From: Raja brachyura
Lineage: Eukaryota
DNA length: 64,000 nucleotides
Assembly (NCBI GenBank): GCA_963514005.1
Contig: OY740798.1
Coordinates: forward strand, 44,640,001 to 44,704,000
Direction: 5' to 3'
This document shows, piece by piece, positions 28,201 through 40,200 of this stretch; position 1 is the first letter of the stretch, and each line of letters starts with the position of its first letter. The position numbers and the translations under genes were made by a program. The notes beneath the pieces are model-generated. The model saw only the letters and a program-made list of their open reading frames with translations, ran no database searches and was not told the origin of the DNA.

Positions 28201-31200
28201 GCTCGTGCGTTGCTGTGTTGGTGTTGTGGGACTTCCTGTTTTGCTTGTAGCAATGCTAGAATATGGTGTTTTTGTTTCGGTGCTTGTGCCAGTTGATGGG
28301 CTGTGTGTCTGTATTGTCGTGGGTTCAGTTGATTTTGATGTAGTCGTGGTGGATGCTGTTTGTGTTTGAGGTGTTTTGGTTGTGATAACCTCTGTAGTTT
28401 CTGTAGTTCCTTTTGACGCGGTGGTAAATGGTGTTTCAGTAGATTCCGTTTTTTCAGTTGTGGAAGTTGTGGTCAGTTCAGGTGTGGAACCTTGTGGTGT
28501 TCCTGACACTGAAGGTGTTGTGGTTGTGTGCTCTGTTGTAGGAGAAGTGGAACCAGTTGTTTTGCTTGTGGTTGTGGTGGTATGAGGGGTTGTGGACGTT
28601 CCTGTTTCAGGAGTTGTGGAGCTCGAGTGTAACTGAGTTGGTGTTGTGGGACTTCCGGTTGCGGTTGTAAAAGTGGTTGAATGTGGGGTTTTTGTTTCTG
28701 TTGTTGGGACGGTTGTTGGGGTGCGAGTGTGCAGTGTTGTGGTTTCCGATGGTGTTGATGTTGTGGTTGCGGACGTTATTCCTGTTCCAGGAGTTGTGCT
28801 TGTGGGCACCAATGGGGTCTGGGTACTTGTTGTGGACTTGGTGGTTGTGGGTAGTTCAGTCGTTTCTGTTAGTTCAGTTGTACAAGTTGTGGTTATTTCT
28901 GATGTAGTACTTGCTGGTGTGCCAGAGACTGGAGATGTAGAGGTCATGTGCTCTGTTGTAAGTGTAGTGGGACGAGTTGTACTGGTTGTGCTTTCAATGG
29001 TACGAGTGGTTGTTGATGTTGTCTCCCTGACTGGAGATGTGGGGCTCGTGTGTTGCTGTGTTGGTGTTGTGGGACTTCCGGTTGCGGTTGTAAAAGTGGT
29101 TGAATGTGGGGTTTTTGTTTCTGTTGTTGGGACGGTTGTTGGGGTGTGAGTGTGCAGTGTTGTGGTTTCCGATGGTGTTGATGTTGTGGTTGCGGACGTT
29201 ATTCCTGTTCCAGGAGTTGTGGTTGTGGGCACCAATGGGGTCTGGGTAGTTGTTGTGGACTTGGTGGTTGTGGGTAGTTCAGTAGTTTCTGTTAGTTCAG
29301 TTGTACAAGTTGTGGTCAATTCTGGTGTAGTACTTGCTGGTGTGCCAGAGACTGGAGATGTAGAGGTCATGTGCTCTGTTGTAAGTGTAGTGGGACGAGT
29401 TGTACTGGTTGTGCTTTCAATGGTACGAGTGGTTGTTGATGTTGTCTCCCTGACTGGAGATGTGGGGCTCGTGCGTTGCTGTGTTGGTGTTGTGGGACTT
29501 CCTGTTTTGCTTGTAGCAATGCTAGAATATGGTGTTTTTGTTTCGGTGCTTGTGCCAGTTGATGGGCTGTGTGTCTGTATTGTCGTGGGTTCAGTTGATT
29601 TTGATGTAGTCGTGGTGGATGCTGTTTGTGTTTGAGGTGTTTTGGTTGTGATAACCTCTGTAGTTTCTGTAGTTCCTTTTGACGCGGTGGTAAATGGTGT
29701 TTCAGTAGATTCCGTTTTTTCAGTTGTGGAAGTTGTGGTCAGTTCAGGTGTGGAACCTTGTGGTGTTCCTGACACTGAAGGTGTTGTGGTTGTGTGCTCT
29801 GTTGTAGGAGAAGTGGAACCAGTTGTTTTGCTTGTGGTTGTGGTTGTATGAGGGGTTGTGGACGTTCCTGTTTCAGGAGTTGTGGAGCTCGAGTGTAACT
29901 GAGTTGGTGTTGTGGGACTTCCGGTTGCGGTTGTAAAAGTGGTTGAATGTGGGGTTTTTGTTTCTGTTGTTGGGACGGTTGTTGGGGTGCGAGTGTGCAG
30001 TGTTGTGGTTTCCGATGGTGTTGATGTTGTGGTTGCGGACGTTATTCCTGTTCCAGGAGTTGTGCTTGTGGGCACCAATGGGGTCTGGGTACTTGTTGTG
30101 GACTTGGTGGTTGTGGGTAGTTCAGTCGTTTCTGTTAGTTCAGTTGTACAAGTTGTGGTTATTTCTGATGTAGTACTTGCTGGTGTGCCAGAGACTGGAG
30201 ATGTAGAGGTCATGTGCTCTGTTGTAAGTGTAGTGGGACGAGTTGTACTGGTTGTGCTTTCAATGGTACGAGTGGTTGTTGATGTTGTCTCCCTGACTGG
30301 AGATGTGGGGCTCGTGTGTTGCTGTGTTGGTGTTGTGGGACTTCCGGTTGCGGTTGTAAAAGTGGTTGAATGTGGGGTTTTTGTTTCTGTTGTTGGGACG
30401 GTTGTTGGGGTGTGAGTGTGCAGTGTTGTGGTTTCCGATGGTGTTGATGTTGTGGTTGCGGACGTTATTCCTGTTCCAGGAGTTGTGGTTGTGGGCACCA
30501 ATGGGGTCTGGGTAGTTGTTGTGGACTTGGTGGTTGTGGGTAGTTCAGTAGTTTCTGTTAGTTCAGTTGTACAAGTTGTGGTCATTTCTGGTGTAGTACT
30601 TGCTGGTGTGCCAGAGACTGGAGATGTAGAGGCCATGTGCTCTGTTGTAAGTGTAGTGGGACGAGTTGTACTGGTTGTGCTTTCAATGGTACGAGTGGTT
30701 GTTGATGTTGTCTCCCTGACTGGAGATGTGGGGCTCGTGCGTTGCTGTGTTGGTGTTGTGGGACTTCCTGTTTTGCTTGTAGCAATGCTAGAATATGGTG
30801 TTTTTGTTTCGGTGCTTGTGCCAGTTGATGGGCTGTGTGTCTGTATTGTCGTGGGTTCAGTTGATTTTGATGTAGTCGTGGTGGATGCTGTTTGTGTTTG
30901 AGGTGTTTTGGTTGTGATAACCTCTGTAGTTTCTGTAGTTCCTTTTGACGCGGTGGTAAATGGTGTTTCAGTAGATTCCGTTTTTTCAGTTGTGGAAGTT
31001 GTGGTCAGTTCAGGTGTGGAACCTTGTGGTGTTCCTGACACTGAAGGTGTTGTGGTTGTGTGCTCTGTTGTAGGAGAAGTGGAACCAGTTGTTTTGCTTG
31101 TGGTTGTGGTTGTATGAGGGGTTGTGGACGTTCCTGTTTCAGGAGTTGTGGAGCTCGAGTGTAACTGAGTTGGTGTTGTGGGACTTCCGGTTGCGGTTGT

Positions 31201-34200
31201 GAAAGTGGTTGAATGTGGGGTTTTTGTTTCTGTTGTTGGGACGGTTGTTGGGGTGTGAGTGTGCAGTGTTGTGGTTTCCGATGGTGTTGATGTTGTGGTT
31301 GCGGACGTTATTCCTGTTCCAGGAGTTGTGGTTGTGGGCACCAATGGGGTCTGGGTAGTTGTTGTGGACTTGGTGGTTGTGGGTAGTTCAGTAGTTTCTG
31401 TTAGTTCAGTTGTACAAGTTGTGGTCATTTCTGGTGTAGTACTTGCTGGTGTGCCAGAGACTGGAGATGTAGAGGTCATGTGCTCTGTTGTAAGTGTAGT
31501 GGGACGAGTTGTACTGGTTGTGCTTTCAATGGTACGAGTGGTTGTTGATGTTGTCTCCCTGACTGGAGATGTGGGGCTCGTGCGTTGCTGTGTTGGTGTT
31601 GTGGGACTTCCTGTTTTGCTTGTAGCAATGCTAGAATATGGTGTTTTTGTTTCGGTGCTTGTGCCAGTTGATGGGCTGTGTGTCTGTATTGTCGTGGGTT
31701 CAGTTGATTTTGATGTAGTCGTGGTGGATGCTGTTTGTGTTTGAGGTGTTTTGGTTGTGATAACCTCTGTAGTTTCTGTAGTTCCTTTTGACGCGGTGGT
31801 AAATGGTGTTTCAGTAGATTCCGTTTTTTCAGTTGTGGAAGTTGTGGTCAGTTCAGGTGTGGAACCTTGTGGTGTTCCTGACACTGAAGGTGTTGTGGTT
31901 GTGTGCTCTGTTGTAGGAGAAGTGGAAACAGTTGTTTTGCTTGTGGTTGTGGTTGTATGAGGGGTTGTGGACGTTCCTGTTTCAGGAGTTTTGGAGCTCG
32001 AGTGTAACTGAGTTGGTGTTGTGGGACTTCCGGTTGCGGTTGTAAAAGTGGTTGAATGTGGGGTTTTTGTTTCTGTTGTTGGGACGGTTGTTGGGGTGTG
32101 AGTGTGCAGTGTTGTGGTTTCCGATGGTGTTGATGTTGTGGTTGCGGACGTTATTCCTGTTCCAGGAGTTGTGCTTGTGGGCACCAATGGGGTCTGGGTA
32201 CTTGTTGTGGACTTGGTGGTTGTGGGTAGTTCAGTCGTTTCTGTTAGTTCAGTTGTACAAGTTGTGGTTATTTCTGATGTAGTACTTGCTGGTGTGCCAG
32301 AGACTGGAGATGTAGAGGTCATGTGCTCTGTTGTAAGTGTAGTGGGATGAGTTGTACTGGTTGTGCTTTCAATGGTACGAGTGGTTGTTGATGTTGTCTC
32401 CCTGACTGGAGATGTGGGGCTCGTGCGTTGCTGTGTTGGTGTTGTGGGACTTCCTGTTTTGCTTGTAGCAATGCTAGAATATGGTGTTTTTGTTTCGGTG
32501 CTTGTGCCAGTTGATGGGCTGTGTGTCTGTATTGTCGTGGGTTCAGTTGATTTTGATGTAGTCGTGGTGGATGCTGTTTGTGTTTGAGGTGTTTTGGTTG
32601 TGATAACCTCTGTAGTTTCTGTAGTTCCTTTTGACGCGGTGGTAAATGGTGTTTCAGTAGATTCCGTTTTTTCAGTTGTGGAAGTTGTGGTCAGTTCAGG
32701 TGTGGAACCTTGTGGTGTTCCTGACACTGAAGGTGTTGTGGTTGTGTGCTCTGTTGTAGGAGAAGTGGAACCAGTTGTTTTGCTTGTGGTTGTGGTTGTA
32801 TGAGGGGTTGTGGACGTTCCTGTTTCAGGAGTTGTGGAGCTCGAGTGTAACTGAGTTGGTGTTGTGGGACTTCCGGTTGCGGTTGTAAAAGTGGTTGAAT
32901 GTGGGGTTTTTGTTTCTGTTGTTGGGACGGTTGTTGGGGTGCGAGTGTGCAGTGTTGTGGTTTCCGATGGTGTTGATGTTGTGGTTGCGGACGTTATTCC
33001 TGTTCCAGGAGTTGTGCTTGTGGGCACCAATGGGGTCTGGGTACTTGTTGTGGACTTGGTGGTTGTGGGTAGTTCAGTCGTTTCTGTTAGTTCAGTTGTA
33101 CAAGTTGTGGTTATTTCTGATGTAGTACTTGCTGGTGTGCCAGAGACTGGAGATGTAGAGGTCATGTGCTCTGTTGTAAGTGTAGTGGGACGAGTTGTAC
33201 TGGTTGTGCTTTCAATGGTACGAGTGGTTGTTGATGTTGTCTCCCTGACTGGAGATGTGGGGCTCGTGTGTTGCTGTGTTGGTGTTGTGGGACTTCCGGT
33301 TGCGGTTGTAAAAGTGGTTGAATGTGGGGTTTTTGTTTCTGTTGTTGGGACGGTTGTTGGGGTGTGAGTGTGCAGTGTTGTGGTTTCCGATGGTGTTGAT
33401 GTTGTGGTTGCGGACGTTATTCCTGTTCCAGGAGTTGTGGTTGTGGGCACCAATGGGGTCTGGGTAGTTGTTGTGGACTTGGTGGTTGTGGGTAGTTCAG
33501 TAGTTTCTGTTAGTTCAGTTGTACAAGTTGTGGTCAATTCTGGTGTAGTACTTGCTGGTGTGCCAGAGACTGGAGATGTAGAGGTCATGTGCTCTGTTGT
33601 AAGTGTAGTGGGACGAGTTGTACTGGTTGTGCTTTCAATGGTACGAGTGGTTGTTGATGTTGTCTCCCTGACTGGAGATGTGGGGCTCGTGCGTTGCTGT
33701 GTTGGTGTTGTGGGACTTCCTGTTTTGCTTGTAGCAATGCTAGAATATGGTGTTTTTGTTTCGGTGCTTGTGCCAGTTGATGGGCTGTGTGTCTGTATTG
33801 TCGTGGGTTCAGTTGATTTTGATGTAGTCGTGGTGGATGCTGTTTGTGTTTGAGGTGTTTTGGTTGTGATAACCTCTGTAGTTTCTGTAGTTCCTTTTGA
33901 CGCGGTGGTAAATGGTGTTTCAGTAGATTCCGTTTTTTCAGTTGTGGAAGTTGTGGTCAGTTCAGGTGTGGAACCTTGTGGTGTTCCTGACACTGAAGGT
34001 GTTGTGGTTGTGTGCTCTGTTGTAGGAGAAGTGGAACCAGTTGTTTTGCTTGTGGTTGTGGTTGTATGAGGGGTTGTGGACGTTCCTGTTTCAGGAGTTG
34101 TGGAGCTCGAGTGTAACTGAGTTGGTGTTGTGGGACTTCCGGTTGCGGTTGTAAAAGTGGTTGAATGTGGGGTTTTTGTTTCTGTTGTTGGGACGGTTGT

Positions 34201-37200
34201 TGGGGTACGAGTGTGCAGTGTTGTGGTTTCCGATGGTGTTGATGTTGTGGTTGCGGACGTTATTCCTGTTCCAGGAGTTGTGCTTGTGGGCACCAATGGG
34301 GTCTGGGTACTTGTTGTGGACTTGGTGGTTGTGGGTAGTTCAGTCGTTTCTGTTAGTTCAGTTGTACAAGTTGTGGTTATTTCTGATGTAGTGCTTGCTG
34401 GTGTGCCAGAGACTGGAGATGTAGAGGTCATGTGCTCTGTTGTAAGTGTAGTGGGACGAGTTGTACTGGTTGTGCTTTCAATGGTACGAGTGGTTGTTGA
34501 TGTTGTCTCCCTGACTGGAGATGTGGGGCTCGTGTGTTGCTGTGTTGGTGTTGTGGGACTTCCGGTTGCGGTTGTAAAAGTGGTTGAATGTGGGGTTTTT
34601 GTTTCTGTTGTTGGGACGGTTGTTGGGGTGTGAGTGTGCAGTGTTGTGGTTTCCGATGGTGTTGATGTTGTGGTTGCGGACGTTATTCCTGTTCCAGGAG
34701 TTGTGGTTGTGGGCACCAATGGGGTCTGGGTAGTTGTTGTGGACTTGGTGGTTGTGTGTAGTTCAGTAGTTTCTGTTAGTTCAGTTGTACAAGTTGTGGT
34801 CATTTCTGGTGTAGTACTTGCTGGTGTGCCAGAGACTGGAGATGTAGAGGCCATGTGCTCTGTTGTAAGTGTAGTGGGACGAGTTGTACTGGTTGTGCTT
34901 TCAATGGTACGAGTGGTTGTTGATGTTGTCTCCCTGACTGGAGATGTGGGGCTCGTGCGTTGCTGTGTTGGTGTTGTGGGACTTCCTGTTTTGCTTGTAG
35001 CAATGCTAGAATATGGTGTTTTTGTTTCGGTGCTTGTGCCAGTTGATGGGCTGTGTGTCTGTATTGTCGTGGGTTCAGTTGATTTTGATGTAGTCGTGGT
35101 GGATGCTGTTTGTGTTTGAGGTGTTTTGGTTGTGATAACCTCTGTAGTTTCTGTAGTTCCTTTTGACGCGGTGGTAAATGGTGTTTCAGTAGATTCCGTT
35201 TTTTCAGTTGTGGAAGTTGTGGTCAGTTCAGGTGTGGAACCTTGTGGTGTTCCTGACACTGAAGGTGTTGTGGTTGTGTGCTCTGTTGTAGGAGAAGTGG
35301 AACCAGTTGTTTTGCTTGTGGTTGTGGTTGTATGAGGGGTTGTGGACGTTGTTCCTGTTTCAGGAGTTGTGGAGCTCGAGTGTAACTGAGTTGGTGTTGT
35401 GGGACTTCCGGTTGCGGTTGTGAAAGTGGTTGAATGTGGGGTTTTTGTTTCTGTTGTTGGGACGGTTGTTGGGGTGTGAGTGTGCAGTGTTGTGGTTTCC
35501 GATGGTGTTGATGTTGTGGTTGCGGACGTTATTCCTGTTCCAGGAGTTGTGGTTGTGGGCACCAATGGGGTCTGGGTACTTGTTGTGGACTTGGTGGTTG
35601 TGGGTAGTTCAGTAGTTTCTGTTAGTTCAGTTGTACAAGTTGTGGTCATTTCTGGTGTAGTACTTGCTGGTGTGCCAGAGACTGGAGATGTAGAGGTCAT
35701 GTGCTCTGTTGTAAGTGTAGTGGGATGAGTTGTACTGGTTGTGCTTTCAATGGTACGAGTGGTTGTTGATGTTGTCTCCCTGACTGGAGATGTGGGGCTC
35801 GTGCGTTGCTGTGTTGGTGTTGTGGGACTTCCTGTTTTGCTTGTAGCAATGCTAGAATATGGTGTTTTTGTTTCGGTGCTTGTGCCAGTTGATGGGCTGT
35901 GTGTCTGTATTGTCGTGGGTTCAGTTGATTTTGATGTAGTCGTGGTGGATGCTGTTTGTGTTTGAGGTGTTTTGGTTGTGATAACCTCTGTAGTTTCTGT
36001 AGTTCCTTTTGACGCGGTGGTAAATGGTGTTTCAGTAGATTCCGTTTTTTCAGTTGTGGAAGTTGTGGTCAGTTCAGGTGTGGAACCTTGTGGTGTTCCT
36101 GACACTGAAGGTGTTGTGGTTGTGTGCTCTGTTGTAGGAGAAGTGGAAACAGTTGTTTTGCTTGTGGTTGTGGTTGTATGAGGGGTTGTGGACGTTCCTG
36201 TTTCAGGAGTTTTGGAGCTCGAGTGTAACTGAGTTGGTGTTGTGGGACTTCCGGTTGCGGTTGTAAAAGTGGTTGAATGTGGGGTTTTTGTTTCTGTTGT
36301 TGGGACGGTTGTTGGGGTGTGAGTGTGCAGTGTTGTGGTTTCCGATGGTGTTGATGTTGTGGTTGCGGACGTTATTCCTGTTCCAGGAGTTGTGCTTGTG
36401 GGCACCAATGGGGTCTGGGTACTTGTTGTGGACTTGGTGGTTGTGGGTAGTTCAGTCGTTTCTGTTAGTTCAGTTGTACAAGTTGTGGTTATTTCTGATG
36501 TAGTACTTGCTGGTGTGCCAGAGACTGGAGATGTAGAGGTCATGTGCTCTGTTGTAAGTGTAGTGGGATGAGTTGTACTGGTTGTGCTTTCAATGGTACG
36601 AGTGGTTGTTGATGTTGTCTCCCTGACTGGAGATGTGGGGCTCGTGCGTTGCTGTGTTGGTGTTGTGGGACTTCCTGTTTTGCTTGTAGCAATGCTAGAA
36701 TATGGTGTTTTTGTTTCGGTGCTTGTGCCAGTTGATGGGCTGTGTGTCTGTATTGTCGTGGGTTCAGTTGATTTTGATGTAGTCGTGGTGGATGCTGTTT
36801 GTGTTTGAGGTGTTTTGGTTGTGATAACCTCTGTAGTTTCTGTAGTTCCTTTTGACGCGGTGGTAAATGGTGTTTCAGTAGATTCCGTTTTTTCAGTTGT
36901 GGAAGTTGTGGTCAGTTCAGGTGTGGAACCTTGTGGTGTTCCTGACACTGAAGGTGTTGTGGTTGTGTGCTCTGTTGTAGGAGAAGTGGAACCAGTTGTT
37001 TTGCTTGTGGTTGTGGTTGTATGAGGGGTTGTGGACGTTGTTCCTGTTTCAGGAGTTGTGGAGCTCGAGTGTAACTGAGTTGGTGTTGTGGGACTTCCGG
37101 TTGCGGTTGTAAAAGTGGTTGAATGTGGGGTTTTTGTTTCTGTTGTTGGGACGGTTGTTGGGGTGTGAGTGTGCAGTGTTGTGGTTTCCGATGGTGTTGA

Positions 37201-40200
37201 TGTTGTGGTTGCGGACGTTATTCCTGTTCCAGGAGTTGTGCTTGTGGGCACCAATGGGGTCTGGGTACTTGTTGTGGACTTGGTGGTTGTGGGTAGTTCA
37301 GTCGTTTCTGTTAGTTCAGTTGTACAAGTTGTGGTTATTTCTGATGTAGTGCTTGCTGGTGTGCCAGAGACTGGAGATGTAGAGGTCATGTGCTCTGTTG
37401 TAAGTGTAGTGGGACGAGTTGTACTGGTTGTGCTTTCAATGGTACGAGTGGTTGTTGATGTTGTCTCCCTGACTGGAGATGTGGGGCTCGTGTGTTGCTG
37501 TGTTGGTGTTGTGGGACTTCCGGTTGCGGTTGTAAAAGTGGTTGAATGTGGGGTTTTTGTTTCTGTTGTTGGGACGGTTGTTGGGGTGTGAGTGTGCAGT
37601 GTTGTGGTTTCCGATGGTGTTGATGTTGTGGTTGCGGACGTTATTCCTGTTCCAGGAGTTGTGGTTGTGGGCACCAATGGGGTCTGGGTAGTTGTTGTGG
37701 ACTTGGTGGTTGTGTGTAGTTCAGTAGTTTCTGTTAGTTCAGTTGTACAAGTTGTGGTCATTTCTGGTGTAGTACTTGCTGGTGTGCCAGAGACTGGAGA
37801 TGTAGAGGCCATGTGCTCTGTTGTAAGTGTAGTGGGACGAGTTGTACTGGTTGTGCTTTCAATGGTACGAGTGGTTGTTGATGTTGTCTCCCTGACTGGA
37901 GATGTGGGGCTCGTGCGTTGCTGTGTTGGTGTTGTGGGACTTCCTGTTTTGCTTGTAGCAATGCTAGAATATGGTGTTTTTGTTTCGGTGCTTGTGCCAG
38001 TTGATGGGCTGTGTGTCTGTATTGTCGTGGGTTCAGTTGATTTTGATGTAGTCGTGGTGGATGCTGTTTGTGTTTGAGGTGTTTTGGTTGTGATAACCTC
38101 TGTAGTTTCTGTAGTTCCTTTTGACGCGGTGGTAAATGGTGTTTCAGTAGATTCCGTTTTTTCAGTTGTGGAAGTTGTGGTCAGTTCAGGTGTGGAACCT
38201 TGTGGTGTTCCTGACACTGAAGGTGTTGTGGTTGTGTGCTCTGTTGTAGGAGAAGTGGAACCAGTTGTTTTGCTTGTGGTTGTGGTTGTATGAGGGGTTG
38301 TGGACGTTGTTCCTGTTTCAGGAGTTGTGGAGCTCGAGTGTAACTGAGTTGGTGTTGTGGGACTTCCGGTTGCGGTTGTGAAAGTGGTTGAATGTGGGGT
38401 TTTTGTTTCTGTTGTTGGGACGGTTGTTGGGGTGTGAGTGTGCAGTGTTGTGGTTTCCGATGGTGTTGATGTTGTGGTTGCGGACGTTATTCCTGTTCCA
38501 GGAGTTGTGGTTGTGGGCACCAATGGGGTCTGGGTAGTTGTTGTGGACTTGGTGGTTGTGGGTAGTTCAGTAGTTTCTGTTAGTTCAGTTGTACAAGTTG
38601 TGGTCATTTCTGGTGTAGTACTTGCTGGTGTGCCAGAGACTGGAGATGTAGAGGTCATGTGCTCTGTTGTAAGTGTAGTGGGACGAGTTGTACTGGTTGT
38701 GCTTTCAATGGTACGAGTGGTTGTTGATGTTGTCTCCCTGACTGGAGATGTGGGGCTCGTGCGTTGCTGTGTTGGTGTTGTGGGACTTCCTGTTTTGCTT
38801 GTAGCAATGCTAGAATATGGTGTTTTTGTTTCGGTGCTTGTGCCAGTTGATGGGCTGTGTGTCTGTATTGTCGTGGGTTCAGTTGATTTTGATGTAGTCG
38901 TGGTGGATGCTGTTTGTGTTTGAGGTGTTTTGGTTGTGATAACCTCTGTAGTTTCTGTAGTTCCTTTTGACGCGGTGGTAAATGGTGTTTCAGTAGATTC
39001 CGTTTTTTCAGTTGTGGAAGTTGTGGTCAGTTCAGGTGTGGAACCTTGTGGTGTTCCTGACACTGAAGGTGTTGTGGTTGTGTGCTCTGTTGTAGGAGAA
39101 GTGGAAACAGTTGTTTTGCTTGTGGTTGTGGTTGTATGAGGGGTTGTGGACGTTCCTGTTTCAGGAGTTTTGGAGCTCGAGTGTAACTGAGTTGGTGTTG
39201 TGGGACTTCCGGTTGCGGTTGTAAAAGTGGTTGAATGTGGGGTTTTTGTTTCTGTTGTTGGGACGGTTGTTGGGGTGTGAGTGTGCAGTGTTGTGGTTTC
39301 CGATGGTGTTGATGTTGTGGTTGCGGACGTTATTCCTGTTCCAGGAGTTGTGCTTGTGGGCACCAATGGGGTCTGGGTACTTGTTGTGGACTTGGTGGTT
39401 GTGGGTAGTTCAGTAGTTTCTGTTAGTTCAGTTGTACAAGTTGTGGTCATTTCTGATGTAGTACTTGCTGGTGTGCCAGAGACTGGAGATGTAGAGGTCA
39501 TGTGCTCTGTTGTAAGTGTAGTGGGACGAGTTGTACTGGTTGTGCTTTCAATGGTACGAGTGGTTGTTGATGTTGTCTCCCTGACTGGAGATGTGGAGCT
39601 CGAGTGTAACTGAGTTGGTGTTGTGGGACTTCCGGTTGCGGTTGTAAAAGTGGTTGAATGTGGGGTTTTTGTTTCTGTTGTTGGGACGGTTGTTGGGGTG
39701 TGAGTGTGCAGTGTTGTGGTTTCCGATCGTGTTGATGTTGTGGTTGCGGACGTTATTCCTGTTCCAGGAGTTGTGCTTGTGGGCACCAATGGGGTCTGGG
39801 TAGTTGTTGTGGACTTGGTGGTTGTGGGTAGTTCAGTAGTTTCTGTTAGTTCAGTTGTACAAGTTGTGGTCAATTCTGGTGTAGTACTTGCTGGTGTGCC
39901 AGAGACTGGAGATGTTGATGTTGAATATGTTGTTCTGGATGTTATGGGGCTGGTTGTTGTGGGTATGGGGCTGGGCAAGGATGATGGGCCTATGGTTGTT
40001 GTGGTTGGCTCTGGTGTTGTTGTTGGAGGTTGGCAAATGTAGTCACAGCACTGTACCTGTATTTCATAGTCAAAGCACTGTTTGAATAGATATTGATCCT
40101 TGTTTCTGCATGTTAGCCCAAAGGAAACATTGCACTGCACTGTCTGTGCGAGGTCTTCGAGATCGACGTCTGGTGCATGCGTTGCTCTGCACTCAATCCT

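Noticed and set aside
24540-39915. CRISPR-like or satellite array
   Set aside because: There are no unique spacers; it is a frame-preserving coding VNTR.
23981-40085. Dozens of Val-rich plus-strand ORFs
   Set aside because: They are antisense shadows of Thr codons (ACA/ACC read as GTT/GTG-rich frames); there is no independent coding evidence.
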